Shown piece by piece: positions 13,784 to 28,086 of a stretch of DNA of 64,000 nt. The stretch is from contig OX597821.1 of the NCBI GenBank assembly GCA_951406725.2, positions 79,484,001-79,548,000 on the forward strand, in the 5' to 3' direction. The notes beneath the pieces are model-generated. The model ran no database searches and was not told where the DNA came from. It was given only the letters and a program-made list of their open reading frames with translations. This stretch comes from Octopus vulgaris. Lineage: Eukaryota. The position numbers were made by a program, and so were the translations under genes. The first letter of the stretch is position 1. Each line of letters opens with the position of its first letter.

Positions 13784-13935
13784 ATTAACCAATCAGATTC
13801 AAACGGTAAAACTTACTTGATGACTGCTGTTGAACTGGGCAACACACATTTAATAAACTTCCTCATAGATGCCGGAGCTGATTTAGATATGAGAGACAGA
13901 AGCGGTTCCACTGCTTTACATTATGCGGTGATTGG
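13784..13935 (+). CDS. Exon 2, ankyrin repeats: INQSDSNGKTYLMTAVELGNTHLINFLIDAGADLDMRDRSGSTALHYAVIG
   Basis: CAG acceptor ending 13783, GTAAGT donor at 13936, ankyrin consensus (GADLD..D..G.TALHYA), phase 0 to 2. Confidence 0.92.
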
Positions 13936-14124
13936 GTAAGTTCAGAATTAACTAAAATCTTTAGATTTTTATTTCTTCCTAAAGTTCTTCCAATTCCAGA
14001 GAGTTTAACTATCCAAAGATGCAGTATGACATGATGACAACATGAAAGTAGCAACCAAAAACTCTTTTGGAGATTTGCTATCAAAACATTATTTTTCTTT
14101 TGAAGATAATCTTTGAGACCCAAT

Positions 14125-14205
<81 letters not shown>

Positions 14206-14419
14206 ATCCAAACAAGAAAACACAGAAAAACAAAAAAACACAACAACGCGAGGACGTGGAACAAATAAAGTATTATTGGACGCTCAGGAGAGAAGGGAAG
14301 AAGGAGGGTTTAACGTTTCGAGCGGAGCTCTTCGTCGGAAACATAGGAGAAGGAAGGATCCCGAGAAGGGAAGACAGAGGAAAAAAATCGCCAGCGGTAC
14401 TCACGAGGTCACATAAATA

Positions 14420-14883
14420 TAACTAATGTAGGATAAAGTTTTTTTCGGGAAAAAAATTTTATCAATGGCCAGCATATCAAAAAATACCTTAAATGTTAAA
14501 TTTATAAATAATTTAACAAAATAAGGGTAAAAGAAAAATTCTAATGCCAAATATGCCGAAAAAAAGACAAAATTGTCAATAACCATTATAATTTATGCGT
14601 CTCGAAACAAATATATTTGGGGTACTTAGGTCTGCTCAGGACTTAGTGCTTGCTTTTTCCATGGGTATGAGTAAGTATTTCACTTATATCTCACGTATTT
14701 ATCGCCGAGGAGGGGAAAATTCTTATGAATTAACCCCGAAATTGGGACGAATACGGTAATAACGGATTTTTTAAAAATTTCTATCGGCTTGTTTCGAGAC
14801 GCATAAATTATAATGGTTATTGACAATTTTGTCTTTTTTTCGGCATATTGGGCATTAGAATTTTTCTTTTGCCCTTATTTTGT

Positions 14884-14887
<4 letters not shown>
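14420..14887. mobile_element. Fold-back PLE-like remnant
   Basis: Arms ~14513-14610 / 14789-14887; degenerate hammerhead at 14547-14620. Confidence 0.6.
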
Positions 14888-14975
<88 letters not shown>

Positions 14976-15380
14976 CTCTTTTTTCTCTCTTTTACTTGTT
15001 TCAGTCATTCGACTGCGGCCATGCTAGAGCACCGCCTTTAATCGACCAACTCGACCTCGGGACTTATTCTTTTGTAAGCCCAGTACTTATTCCATCGGTC
15101 ATTTTTGCCGAACCGCTAAGTAACGGGGACATAAACACACCAGCATCGGTTGTCAAGCAATGATAGGGGGACAAACACAGACACACAAACACACACACGC
15201 ATATATATACATATATACGACGGGCTTCTTTCTGTTTCCGTCTAGCAAATTCACTCACAAGGCTTTGGTCGGCCCATGGCTATATTAGAGACACTTGCCC
15301 AAGGTGCCATGCAGTGTGACTGAACCCGGAACCATGTGGTTGGTAAACAAGTTACTTACCACACAGCCACTCCTGCGCCT

Positions 15381-15414
<34 letters not shown>

Positions 15415-15579
15415 CTTGTTTCTTTCTGTGTTCCTTTCTGTGGAAGAGCGTAGGCTCGAAAAGTTAAAGACTTTTTCACTTCCCGAGCGTTAAACTAATA
15501 CATCTGTTTGCTGTCTACACCACTTGTCTTCGTCTTTTGGGTTTTGGGTTTTGTTTTTGTAAATTCTCCCTATATACGA

Positions 15580-15990
15580 TAGGGAGAATATACCGCCAAC
15601 TTTGCCCAAACGACTTGAATATTAGCTTCAAGATTCATCCAAGACTGGGACCACGGGCCATACGTCCCCCGCCCAATTCAAGATCACAGCATACATGTAC
15701 ACTGCAACATAATTTCTTTTCTTCAACTGGCCCTGCCCTATTTAACATTGTCTCGAAAGAGATCAAAGAGGAAAAGGATCCCATCAACTTTAAACGGAGT
15801 CTGGATAGATTCCTTCAAGGAATACCAGATAAGCCACCCATAATTGGATACAACTCACCCAACAAAAACTCACTACTTGAATGGACCATAAACAAAACTT
15901 GACTTAAACAGGATTTAGATAATCCTATCAGGTAGTGCTATTAAGTTAGACATGGCTTGGACCAATCTTTGGTCGAAACATATCTAAGTT
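15580..15990 (+). mobile_element. CR1-type LINE 3' fragment
   Basis: FFSSTGPALFN..., FKRSLDRFL..IPD.P. Confidence 0.7.
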
Positions 15991-16009
15991 TATCTAAGTA
16001 TATATATAT

Positions 16010-16237
16010 TAGTAAAAACGGTAAGATAATAAAAAAAAATGAGACCTCAATATTATGTAAATAGAGGAAATTTATCTGTAAAAATATGTGACAATTATTC
16101 AATAGCCAAGATAAAACTCTGAGTTTCGGATGCCGAGGTGGCCAGATAACCGAAGAGATGGTGTTGTGGATTTCCACCTCGGCATCCGAAACTCAGAGTT
16201 TTATCTTGGCTATTGAATAATTGTCACATATTTTTAC

Positions 16238-16240
<3 letters not shown>
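16010..16240. mobile_element. Short fold-back PLE-like remnant; related copy at 7150-7590
   Basis: Arms ~16073-16141 / 16174-16242 with a hammerhead at 16144-16206. Confidence 0.65.
16144..16206 (+). ncRNA. Hammerhead-like motif with CCGAAGA core; CTGAAGA in the related copy at ~7488-7550
   Basis: agataa-CCGAAGA-gatg..catcc-GAAA-ctcagag-TT-ttatct. Confidence 0.55.
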
Positions 16241-16281
<41 letters not shown>

Positions 16282-16286
<5 letters not shown>

Positions 16287-16940
16287 AATATGAGAGGGAA
16301 CCACTATGTGGAAGCCCTTACGCTAAAAAGAGATCTGCAAAGCTCTCAACCACTAAGAATTGTTCTCCATAAAATTTAGCACACCATTAACGTAAGCGAG
16401 CAAGACAAATGAATAACAAAAATATAGATTAACCCCATACAATTGTTTCACTGATAATAAATTATGCAATTTTGACTTTAATTTTAAATTAATATGTTCT
16501 CAAACCGGCGAAAACTACTGCAGTGAATTATTTATGCAGTATTTATTTCTGATAATTTGGCGCGCCTGAACGAGGACTTTTGAAGATAACCGTAGATGTA
16601 ATAGGTGGAACTACATGTATTTTCGACCTCGTGTTTATATCAGGCATGGAGTTCGACAAATTATATCTTTATATGAGGATCTCACTGATGAGCTGCAGTT
16701 GAGTTGGGTAAGTAAAATTGCATAATTTATTAACAGTGAAACAATTGTATGGGGTTAATCTATATTTTTGTTATTTTGCGGATCTCTTTTTAGCGCAAGG
16801 GCTTCCACGTAGTGGTTCCCCTCTCATATTTATGTATGAATACTATTTACTGAATCTCAGTTTTTTATATGCTAGACCACTGGTGTTAAATTGATGTTAT
16901 TAAATTAATATCCAATTTTTCACCCTCATTTTGACTTTAA
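16282..16940. mobile_element. Fold-back PLE-like remnant
   Basis: 16282-16478 is inverted relative to 16711-16836 (with an indel); hammerhead at 16678-16756. Confidence 0.7.
16678..16756 (+). ncRNA. Minimal hammerhead ribozyme
   Basis: gatctca-CTGATGA-gctg..cagt-GAAA-caattg-TA-tggggtt; stem I is wobble-rich. Confidence 0.65.
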
Positions 16941-16959
16941 TATATATATACATATATTG

Positions 16960-17543
16960 TTGGCATCCTTTTTGTCTCGCATAAAATAGTCTAGTCCGAC
17001 TTTAACATTTCATGTCCTGATACATTTCCTGCTGTGGCTGTGTAGTTCTATCCTGGACAAACACTCACTCTGGCAGGTACCGCAAATGTAGCGAAGACTG
17101 TTCCTGGCTAGTTGTAATGTCATAGTTTCTTGTTGACGTCTTTTCTTGTCTTTCCATTTTCTCCTCTCTCCCTCTGTCACTCCTTTGTATTCCCTCTTTT
17201 ACGGTACGTCGCCAATCTCCTCGGTTGCTGGCAACTGCTTCCCAATTGCTAATATTGATGTTGCAGGCCTTCATGTCCCTTTTGCAAACATCCTTGTAAC
17301 ATAAGAAGGGCCTCCCCACAGACCTAGTACCCCTAGCAAGCTCTCCGTAGAGTATGTCCTTGGGGATTCTGCCATCTTTCATACGGCTAACATGCCCAAG
17401 CCATCTCATACGTCTTTGTGTGAGGAGTGCAAACATGCTTGGTATTCCTGCTTGCTTGAGGACATCTTTGTTGGGGATATGATTGCCATTGGATGCGGAG
17501 GATTTTCCGGAGGCAGCGCAGGTGAAAGATGTTTAGGCGACGC
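16960..17543 (-). mobile_element. RTE-clade LINE 3' fragment
   Basis: QRRMRWLGHVSRMKDGRIPKDILYGEL..G.R..GRP. Confidence 0.85.
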
Positions 17544-17613
<70 letters not shown>

Positions 17614-17689
17614 ATCATAAATAATGTGTTTTTGTTTTTCAGTTGCATCAACTATAGATAGGAGGGGAACGGGATAAACTACCCGCATC

Positions 17690-18320
17690 AACTTGCTACA
17701 AAAGCAGGTGGTAATCTTACTCTGTCCTTGTTCTTACTGCAAGTTTCCGAAGAGTACAGTTCAATTTAAACAGTTATTTTTGAAAGCTATAATGGAAGTG
17801 ACAAAGGAGCATATTCAGCATATTTTGCTTTATGACTTCACTAAAGGCAACAAAGCAACGGAAAGTGCAAGGAATATTAACGTAATAAGTGGAGATTGGA
17901 CAATAAACGTGGTTTTCAAATGTGGTTCCAGGAATGCCAGCTAGCTTTCAAGACGAAAGGTGTACTTCCATCAGGATAATGCTCGGCCACATACAGCAAG
18001 AATGACATTCCAAAGGCAGGAGTAGTTTGAATGGGAAACGATACTAAACCCATATTCGTCGGACATTGCCTCATCTGACTGTCATTTATTCCGCAGTCTT
18101 CAAAATCATTTGGACAGGAAAAAATATGAATTCTGTGGACGAGGTCAGAACATGTGAACTTTGGAAAGGGTGCCTTGCAATTCTACCTGACAGATAGAAG
18201 AGCATGACAGGTAGAAAATGAAGGAGTGTATATTTTAAATTAAAAAGGAATTTTGTTTATCTCAGTTTTTAAAAATAAACGAAGTATAAAAACAGCATTA
18301 TTTATGGGATGACCGAATAT
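17690..18320 (+). mobile_element. Degraded mariner transposon
   Basis: KEHIQHILLYDF..G..A.E.ARNI, FHQDNARPH and PYSSDIASSD.HLF remnants. Confidence 0.75.
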
Positions 18321-19087
18321 AAAGCCTATCAAATAAATTATGTTTTGGGCGCAACTCTTTTTTATTACTAAAATAACCTCGGAAACGAGGTCGGAACACA
18401 CAATGTTGAAGTCATTTTCGCGCAATATTTCGATGTGCTTCTAATGTTTCACTTTCGTCCGATGTTTCGCACATACGTAGAAGTCTACACAGAGAAACAT
18501 TTATTAAAATGTACACATAGATATTGTATTAAAATAAGCCACAACCCAAAAAAACTTCACTAAAAGACATCCATTTCTGTATGTTATGAGGAAATACAGT
18601 CACTCACTATCTGTCTGTCTGTCTCTCTCTCTCTCTCACACAGCCACGCTCAGGCACATATACAAGCAAAAACGTATGCATATGTATTTATGTACGTATA
18701 TATAAAAATAATATGTATGAGAGAGAGAGAGAAAAACAGAGAGAGCGAGAGCAAGTAAGTGCCACTAGCACATACAAGCACACATGACAACACATACCTT
18801 CACTCACTTTCTCTCCCTCTCTCTCTCTCTCACGCACACATACACACATACATACATACACGTACATACATCTTTCATTCTTCTTCTCTTTCAGTTTCTG
18901 CTCTCACTTCAAAGCAAATGTCGCCCTTTGACTTTCTTCTCACTTTCAATTTTTGCTCTCTTCAAAGCATAAAGAAATAAAAAAAAATTACGGAAATTAA
19001 CGAATAGTCATATGACCGACCATATGATCCAGTTGACAGCCTTGCTGCCTCAATCGAAAGAATGCCATAGAATAACTTCTTTTGGCA

Positions 19088-19312
19088 CAGACACACACAC
19101 ACGCCCTTGCACAGACAAGCACACACACACATACACACACACACGCCCTTGTACAGACAAGCACGCACACACATACACACACACGTCCTTATACAGACAC
19201 GCACGCACACACATACACACACTCACGCCCTTATAGAGACACGCACACAAATACACACACACACACGCCCTTATACAGGCACGCACGCACACACATACAC
19301 ACACACACACAC
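19088..19312. repeat. CA-rich minisatellite (~40-bp unit cacacgcccttgtacagacaagcacgcacacacatacaca)
   Basis: About five degenerate units; another CA-rich degenerate array at 63230-63800. Confidence 0.85.
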
Positions 19313-20029
19313 AGTAAAACTTTTGTACGAACTATGTTATGTCTTGCTGTAAGCACGCGTAAAATTACAGCTCAAATCCAATTGAAATGACATTTTTCTA
19401 TTCTGTAATTTGTATTTGTGATCAGTGTATTTAAAATACCGATCTTCAATATAAACTAAAAGGTAACTTTTCCCAGAAATCCTGTCGTTTACCTTTTGTC
19501 TCCGCGCCTCATTTTTCTCCTAAATTTCTTCCGATTCCTATTTTTTCCATACAGGAAATTAGGATTTTACCCCCAAAACACGTTCTCAATATTTTAATTA
19601 TCTCCCCTTCCACTCCAATTTCTTCATTTTTCTACTTTTTTCATTTTTTTTTCTTGGTAATACGCAGAGAAAAAAACAGAGTACGAATCTTGAAGAATTT
19701 TCTGTTTCATTTTATCTTAACGAAGCACTAAAGTCTCCTTCACAAATATCCATCCAATACCTCACGACTTACAAAAGCTATTTGGAAAACGGGAAGTTTC
19801 TTCAGAAATAATGTCTTTTTCTATATATGGCTGAAGCGGGAAGACCGAAAATGGCTTGAAAGTCATAATATGCCGGCGGAAAATAGCATCACTAGATGAG
19901 ACAAGCTGACACTGAATTAGCTTCGCTGACTGACAGGTGACGGTCGTTTAGAGAATGCGCAGGCTAAAACTACGCGCCTTCACTAGTCAGTTAAAGTGAG
20001 ACAGTGTCACATGATAACTTGCTGGGGCT

Positions 20030-20310
20030 GCCTGCTGGAGCCTAGCGGCAGGTATTTAAAGCGAAAGATTTGACAAGTCAGTCAGTCACCGGCTGACACT
20101 CGCTGACGATACATCGAAGAGGCCAGGGAACAGAAGAAAGAAGAAGAAAGAAGACATGCACCCAACACCGGAGCTGAAGAAACCTCCGAATGGGGAGGGC
20201 CGCCACGTCAAAACGGTAGAGGAGTAGGGGCCGAAACCGGACGTGGTTCGTCCTGATGATGTCTTGAGCTAACTGGATCCTATAAAGGAGCTGTTGTGGT
20301 AGCAGACCAC
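20030..20310. repeat. Unclassified ~280-bp interspersed repeat; inverted copy at 36871-37142
   Basis: ORF-track translations at 20078(-) and 36686(+) match, and the DNA is reverse-complementary. Confidence 0.7.
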
Positions 20311-20963
20311 GAAACACGGTTGTAATTTCTACCTGTTGTTCCTAACATGTCGGGTTTTCAGGTGGTGGTCTGGTATTTGTTAAATCTGCTATTTCTATAC
20401 AATTCTACGCATGCGTGAAACATCAGACGAAAGGAAATATTCAAAGGTTTTAGCTTTTTGAAAGCAGGTCGTTGATGTGGGAGGGACATTGAGTATTACT
20501 TTAAGGAAAACTAAACATTTTAAAATCTATATTTCCCAGTTAAAAATTCAGAAATTACGGTGAGGATGGGGGGAAATCACAATTTTGGAAACGTGATTTT
20601 TGGACAAAATCGTTGTAACCTCCATTTATACGATGAAACAATACATAGTTTGTGATCCTTCTTAAGGCCAGGAAGCACTTTCATGCAAACCCATGCAAAT
20701 TGTATCTCCCACCAATAATCCAGTCCCCTATACATCAGCTGTGACGATTCTGTCCATAAGAAAAGCACAGATAATACAATGTGGTTGTTGATCATAATAC
20801 CCGGATGCATTGCTAGTGTGTGTGTGTTTATGTTTCCGAATTTAGCGCGCCAGAACGTAGACATTTGAAAATAACACCAATGTAATCGGTAGAACTAAGT
20901 ACATGTCTGGTTTTATATAGAGAACTAGTGTTTAGTTTTTCAAATTATATTGAAATTGGAACG

Positions 20964-21038
20964 ATCGTACTGACGAGTTCTGCGAACGAAGGATTACATA
21001 AGTAATTTATTCGGTAACAGACGAAACCGGTATACGAT
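20964..21038 (+). ncRNA. Minimal type I hammerhead ribozyme
   Basis: atcgta-CTGACGA-gt..ac-GAAA-ccgg-TA-tacgat. Confidence 0.8.
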
Positions 21039-21199
21039 TAATTTTTGATTTTTTATAAAATTTTCATCTGCCTTGCCCGCTTATATTCTGGTGTTCGCTG
21101 AATTTTCTCTGGAGAACATTTTTTCTTTATAGTTACATCGTATATGATCTAGCGTATATATATACATATATTTAGCGTATATATGTATATATATATATA

Positions 21200-21281
<82 letters not shown>

Positions 21282-21443
21282 CGCAGGAATGGCTGTGTGG
21301 TAAGTAGCTTGTTTACCAACCACATGGTTCCGGGTTCAGTCCCACTGCGTGGCACCTTGGGCAAGTGTCTTCTACTATAGCCTCGGACCGACCAAAGCCT
21401 TGTGAGTGGATTTGGTAGACGGAAACTGGAAAGAAGTCCGTCG

Positions 21444-21498
<55 letters not shown>

Positions 21499-21711
21499 GT
21501 GTGTGTTTGTGTGTCTGTGTTTGTTCCCCTAGCATTGCTTGACAACCGATGCTGGTGTGTTTACGTCCCTGTTACTTAGCGGTTCGGCAAAAGAGACCGA
21601 TAGAATAAGTCCCGGGGTCGAGTTGCTCGATTAAAGGCGGTGCTCCAGCATGGCCGGAGTCAAATGACTGAAACAAGTAAAAGAGTAAAGAGTATATACA
21701 TATACATATGC

Positions 21712-21783
<72 letters not shown>

Positions 21784-22371
21784 GATTCTTTCAGTTTCTG
21801 TCTGCCAAATCCACTTACAAGGCTTTGGTCAGTCAAAGGATATAGTAGAAGACGCTTGTCTAAGGTGCCACGCAATGGGACTGAAACCGGGACTATGTGC
21901 TTGTGGAGGAAGCCTCTTACCACAGCCCCACTCCTGTGCATGTACGTGTGTGTGTGCGTATATAAATATATATATATATATATATATAAAACAATTTTGT
22001 GCCCCCACCCGAGCCAAACCCACATCCCAACACCACCACGCCACACCACACACCACCACACCACACACAACCTTACCACACCACACCACCCTGCATACAC
22101 TAGCACTGACCACTCCCCAGCACCCAAAACATCATCCACAAACCTACACATGGACACGCGCACGCATCAAGGTCACCAGCCCCTATCCACATGTACGTTC
22201 ACGGTCTCACATACACACGCACGCGCGCCTTCGTTTTGGGATCACCACTACTTTATTATCTCTCCTTCCTTCCAGCTCTCCTGTCTGACCACCTCTGTCT
22301 GGCATTCGCCATGATTGATCGCTAGCGACTGAAACTTTTTTATTATTTCTCTCTCTGCTTATTTCTCTGTT

Positions 22372-22409
22372 TCTTTCTGATGAAGAGCGTAGGCACGAAA
22401 CGTAAAAGA
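22372..22409 (+). ncRNA. Minimal hammerhead ribozyme; related degenerate copies at ~15433-15471 (+) and 14308-14342 (-)
   Basis: tcttt-CTGATGA-agagcgtaggcac-GAAA-cg-TA-aaaga. Confidence 0.65.
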
Positions 22410-22623
22410 CTTTCACACTTCCCGACCGTTAAACTAATACATCTATTTGTGGTTTACACACCCGTTTTATTTTTGTAAACTCCAAATATATATATATATT
22501 TTTTATGTATATATGTATGTATATATGTATACGATTTTGATGGCTTTATTTTTGTGTTGGGAATAATTTTATATTTAATGTAAACATGTCAATGTGTGTA
22601 AAGTTTTTGATTTTTACTCTCAG

Positions 22624-22774
22624 GTTTCAACTTCAAGTGGTGACGATCTTATTATCCCGGGGCAGCGATGAGAATGCGATGAACGAAAAGGGCTGGACTC
22701 CTCTCCATTTGGCTGCGGGGAAGGGGAAAGAATGGAAAGATGTTGTGGCAGCTTTATTACAAACAAATGTTAAG
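22624..22774 (+). CDS. Exon 3, ankyrin: [50 protein letters not shown]
   Basis: CAG acceptor, GTTAGT donor, G.TPLHLAA motif, phase 2 to 0. Confidence 0.92.
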
Positions 22775-22925
22775 GTTAGTGCTGTGATTATATATATGTG
22801 TGTGAATGTTCACATATATATACATATATATATATATATTTATATATATATATATATATATGAATATATGTATACATGTATATATGTATATATGTATATA
22901 TATATATACATATATACATATATAC

Positions 22926-22973
<48 letters not shown>

Positions 22974-22974
22974 T

Positions 22975-23005
<31 letters not shown>

Positions 23006-23007
23006 TT

Positions 23008-23130
<123 letters not shown>

Positions 23131-23739
23131 AGGCGCAATGGCCCAGTGGTTAAGGTAGCGGACTGGCGGTTGTAGGATCGCGGTTTCTATTCCCAGACCG
23201 GGGGTTGCGAGTGTTTATTGAGCGAAAACACCTAAAGCTCCACGAGGCTCCGGCAGGGGGCGGTGGGCGATTCCTGCTGTACTCTTTCGCCACAACTTTC
23301 TCTCATTCTTTCTTCTGTTGGCCTACTCCCTTAGCCAGCGGGGTGGCGTCATTTGAAGGCTAAAACAATACGAAGCGCATTGTGACCAGCGATGTGTAAC
23401 AACATCTGATAGCCCGGTCGGCCACGGTGATCATGGTGATATATATATATATCTATATTTATATTCTTCAGTCAGAAGATAAACTCTACTACCTTAATGA
23501 TCTTAAAATTCGAATCGACATCTCTGTCTATATATCTACCCTCTCTATAATGTTATCAATAAATATGAAAATATGTATCAATGGAAAACCTCTATACATG
23601 GCTGATGATTGCTCAACATTTTAAAACTGTTGTAATACTTACAATGTTTAATAAAATGATGTAGCATGAAATGATCGTACCAAATTACGGAAGATATTCT
23701 TGTTGCTTATTTTGAGTATATATATATATACATATATAT

Positions 23740-24328
23740 AATACATATAAAGGGTGAAATATAATTAATTCAATAAAATCAATAAATTTCACCTAATAGT
23801 CTTTCGGTATGGATAGGACCATGTTCGGTAAAAATTATATAATTATAATAAAAGGGTTACTTGCAACAAGTTGCTTAAACCACATACCGAAAATATTAGA
23901 AATAGCAGACGAATGAGTTACTATTACTATTACTACAAAAATAAGTCTCCACAAACAACATTATTTGTAACCTGTATATGGTAAAAAGAAGGAAGACAAC
24001 GAAATCACACGGTCTACTTGGATTAATTATGGACGATCGTTTCTGGATTAGAATCGTAAGTTCATTTCCTTATCAACATAATATTTCCCATAAATCTAGA
24101 AATGCTAGGAAAAAACTCACCCATCATATATCCGACCAGGCGACATCGAACGATATAACAGTCCGCTAGCATATCCACATTTATATAGACATGCGAATTC
24201 GTATCTCCCTCCAAAATCTCACCACGTGAGTTACAAAAAACAGTACTGCCGAAACTGTCATTCGACTGCTATTTCTAATATTTTCGGCATGTGGTTTAAG
24301 CAACTTGTTGCAAATAACCCTTTTATTA

Positions 24329-24335
<7 letters not shown>
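23740..24335. repeat. Inverted-repeat element (arms ~23840-23916 / 24258-24333)
   Basis: Reverse-complement arms between (TA)n runs; no convincing ribozyme core. Confidence 0.55.
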
Positions 24336-24395
<60 letters not shown>

Positions 24396-24422
24396 TTTTG
24401 AATGTTTTCTTTTCTTTCTCAG

Positions 24423-24580
24423 GTGAATCAACGAAATAGCTTCTTTGGGAGCACACCTCTACACTGGGCCTGTTCCTGGGGCCATACAGACACAGTTCGC
24501 CTCTTACTGAACCACAAAGGTATTGATGCCAATGTCTTGGACATTGATGGAAACACACCACTGCATGTGGCAGTTCGGGA
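24423..24580 (+). CDS. Exon 4, ankyrin: VNQRNSFFGSTPLHWACSWGHTDTVRLLLNHKGIDANVLDIDGNTPLHVAVR
   Basis: CAG acceptor, GTAAGT donor, two TPLH motifs, phase 0 to 2. Confidence 0.93.
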
Positions 24581-25244
24581 GTAAGTCTCCATTGGATCTG
24601 GAATATCCAAATCTGTTTCTTTTATTGTTTTCAGTAATGTTTGTATCTTTTTCATTCAGTCATTCATGTCATAATCCCACCATGGGGTTGTTCTCCTTCT
24701 GTCTTTCACACTGAAATAACACTAGAATCAACTTCATTAATTAATCATCACCATAACTGTTGTTGTTGTTGCCTGACTAAATTCCTTACTTCATCTCATT
24801 CTTCATTACCTCAACATTACAGGTTCAAATCCTTTCTCATCCTTTCATCACATGTAAAACTGCTTTCGCTCTTCCTCTCTGTCTGTCTCTCTCTTTCTCT
24901 CTCTCTTGTAATTCCCTCTATCTTTTGACCCTGGGCTAAATAAAGAAACATCCTGTTACAGTATTTACATTTGTTTCTTTATGTTCCATGTTCAAATCCT
25001 GTCAGAGTATTTACCAGTCTGGGGTCAATATAAACTGTACCAGTAATATCCAGTAATAAACCAGTAATATCTAATAATAAACTATACTCTCTTTTTTTCC
25101 TGTTCTTGTGTTGGACAAAATACTTTGTGGTATTCACTTCCGACTCTTTATGTTTTGAGTTCAAATCCTGCCAAGGTTAGCTTGTCTTTCCATCTTTGCA
25201 AATTTGATAAAATACAATACCAGTCAATGCAGTGGGTCCATGGC

Positions 25245-25580
25245 CCTTCTTTCCCTCCTAAATTTCATGTTTCTATAACACTTGTTCTATGTACCATATA
25301 TACATTTCTTTGTTGATGCAGGTGTATATATCACTGTTCTACTGTGTAGGGTGTGTACTGACTAAATATTGGGGGGGGGGGGCGGTGAGTGTAATAATAT
25401 ACTTACCTGTAATAATATACTTACCTGTAGCTCTTCTTCTCCTCCTAAATTTCATGTTTATATAACACTTGTTCTATGTACCATATATACATTTCTTTGT
25501 TTATGCAGGTGTATATATCACTGTTCTACTGTGTAGGGTGTGTACTGACCAAATATATGGGGGGCGGTGAGTGTAATAAT
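25245..25580 (+). repeat. ~150-bp local tandem duplication upstream of exon 5
   Basis: 25250-25398 is nearly identical to 25436-25579. Confidence 0.85.
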
Positions 25581-25696
25581 TGCTGTAATTAAGTTACGGT
25601 GACCCAATTTTCTAATGACCTAATAATTATCAATTATCTAATCTCTCTGATTTTTGTATTTTTCATATTTTCCTCTCCTCTTTCCTTAACTTTCAG

Positions 25697-25733
25697 GCAA
25701 TGCTATGATGTGGTGACGTTAATGCTGTCCCAG
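25697..25733 (+). CDS. Exon 5 (37 nt): (E)QCYDVVTLMLSQ
   Basis: Strong pyrimidine tract with CAG, GTTAGT donor. Phase 2 to 0 bridges exons 4 and 6 and supplies the second ankyrin helix. Confidence 0.85.
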
Positions 25734-26809
25734 GTTAGTTATATAATACATATAATATATACACAATCTCTACTATTTTATTTATCTGTTTAATATTAAT
25801 ATAATCAAGGGAAGTGTAGGACAAAAGCTTCCAAAGACAAAAACCCCTCGGACAAAAGCCCCACGGTTCTCAGACATCCATTTTTTCTGACAAAAACATA
25901 GTGCTTATAAACAAATTACCAATAATTTGGGAATAAACAAATTTGACATTAATTGCACTGTGATTTTCTAATCGCTCACTTATAGTCAGGCTATATTCTA
26001 TGCTCTTTGCGTCCAGTAATGGTCAACACACTGGTATGCAGTGTTCTTTATTATTGGAGAGGGAGAAAAAAGCTTTTTTTGTAAGATATATTTCTTTATT
26101 ACCCACAAGGGGCTAAACATAGAGGGGACAGACGAACGGATTAAGTCGATTACATCGACCCCAGTGTGTAACTGGTACGTAATTTATCAACTCCGAAAGG
26201 ATGAAAAGCAAAGTCGATCCCGGCGGATTTTGAACTGAGAACGTAACGGCAGACGAAATACCTATTTCTTTATTACCCACAAGGGGCTAAACATAGAGGG
26301 GACAGACGAACGGATTAAGTCGATTACATCGACCCCAGTGCGTAACTGGTACGTAATTTATTGACTCCGAAAGGATGAAAGGTAAAGTCGATCTCGGCGG
26401 AATTTGAACTCACAACTTAACGGCAAACGAAATGCGGCTACGCATTTCGCCCGGCGTGCTAACGTTTCTGCCAGCTCGACGCCTTTTTTTGTAAGATAAC
26501 ACGTTTTCACATTCCGTTCGATTCTCTTCATCATACACACACACACACACACAGGTGTGTGTATGTGTTTATGTGTATGCCTGTCGTGTAATATTCGATT
26601 GCTTCGTGTAGGTTTTATGTTTCTACACATTTCTTGAAGTGTGTTCTGTTATTGTGGCTGTGTGGTAAGTAGCTTGCTTACGAACCACATGGTTCCGGGT
26701 TCAGTCCCACTGCGTGGCACCTTGGGCAAGTGTCTTCTGCTATAGCCTCGGGCCGACCAAAGCCTTGTGAGTGGATTTGGTAGACGGACACTGAAAGAAG
26801 CCCGTCGTA

Positions 26810-26932
<123 letters not shown>

Positions 26933-27037
26933 TTGTGTGTCTGTGTTTGTCCCCCCAACATCGCTTGACAACTGATGCTGGTGTGTTTACGTCCCCCATA
27001 ACTTAGCGGTTCGGCAAAAGAGACCGATAGAATAAGT

Positions 27038-27257
27038 CAGTGGTGTTCAACCTGGGTTCTGCGGAACCTTAGGGTTCCGCCAGTACAGTGCAGGGGTTCC
27101 GCAAGAAGTTACCAAAACTACTAAAATCGGCAATAATTTTTAATTCTCCTGTTCAGATATGTGTGCATAAGACTATTAAATTATTGCACATGGGTTCCTC
27201 GAGCCAGTGGAATGTTTCCTTGGGGTTCCGCTCCAGCAAAAGGGTTGAAAAGCACTG
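27038..27257. mobile_element. hAT-type MITE inserted into a SINE
   Basis: TIR cagtggtgttcaacc / ggttgaaaagcactg; perfect 8-bp TSD GAATAAGT at 27030-27037 and 27258-27265. Confidence 0.85.
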
Positions 27258-28044
27258 GAATAAGTACTAGGCTTAAAAAGAATAAGTCCTGGGGTCGATT
27301 TGTTCGACTAAAGGCGGTGCTCCAGCATGGTCACGGTCAAATGACTAAAAACAAATAACAGAATAAAATAAAAGAATACTTATTTATTTCCCATTGAATA
27401 AATTTCGTTTACTTAAAAATTGGAATTTTTGGAAAATAATTTTACCTTTGTTTTTTTTACAACAGCGGTGTCTGTCTTTGTTTACGTGAAATTATATACT
27501 CTCTTTTACTCTTTTACTTGTTTCAGTCATTTGACTGCGGCCATGCTGGAGCACTGCCTTTTAGTCGAGCAAATCGACCCAGGGACTTATTCTTTGTAAG
27601 CCCAGTACTTATTCTATCGGTTCTTTTGCCGAACCGCTAAGTTATGGGGACGCAAACACACCAGCAACCGTTGTCAAGCGATGTTGGGGGGACAAACAGA
27701 CACACAAACACACACATACATATATATACATATATACGACGGGCTTCTTTCAGTTTCCGTCTACCAAATCCAGTCACAAGGCTTTGGTCGGCCCGAGGCT
27801 ATAGTAGAAGACACTTGCCCAAAGTGCCACGCAGTGGGACTGAACCCGGAACCATGTGGTTCGTAAGCAAGCTATTTACCATACGACGGGCTTCTTTCAG
27901 TTTCCGCCTACCAAATCCACTCACAAGGCTTTGATCAGCCAGAGGCTATAGTAGAAGACACTTGCCCAAGGTGCCACGCAGTGGGACTGAACCCGGAACC
28001 ATGTGGTTCGTAAGCAAGCTATTTACCATACAGCCACTCCTACG

Positions 28045-28086
<42 letters not shown>

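Noticed and set aside
14308-16206. CTGA-to-CCGA and G-to-A changes in hammerhead cores as a footprint of RNA editing in retrocopies
   Set aside because: Too few sites and no consensus for comparison; ordinary mutation or consensus error in homopolymer-rich stretches explains them equally well
20170-20270. Hammerhead in the unclassified repeat (CTGAAGA, GAAAccgg and CTGATGA all present)
   Set aside because: I could not assemble consistent stems and a UH triplet around the motifs in either copy
25322-25566. Duplicated cryptic exon (tgcag ... gcg|gtgagt) before exon 5
   Set aside because: In-frame TAG in the required phase, and not needed to keep the reading frame; at most a poison exon, with no supporting evidence
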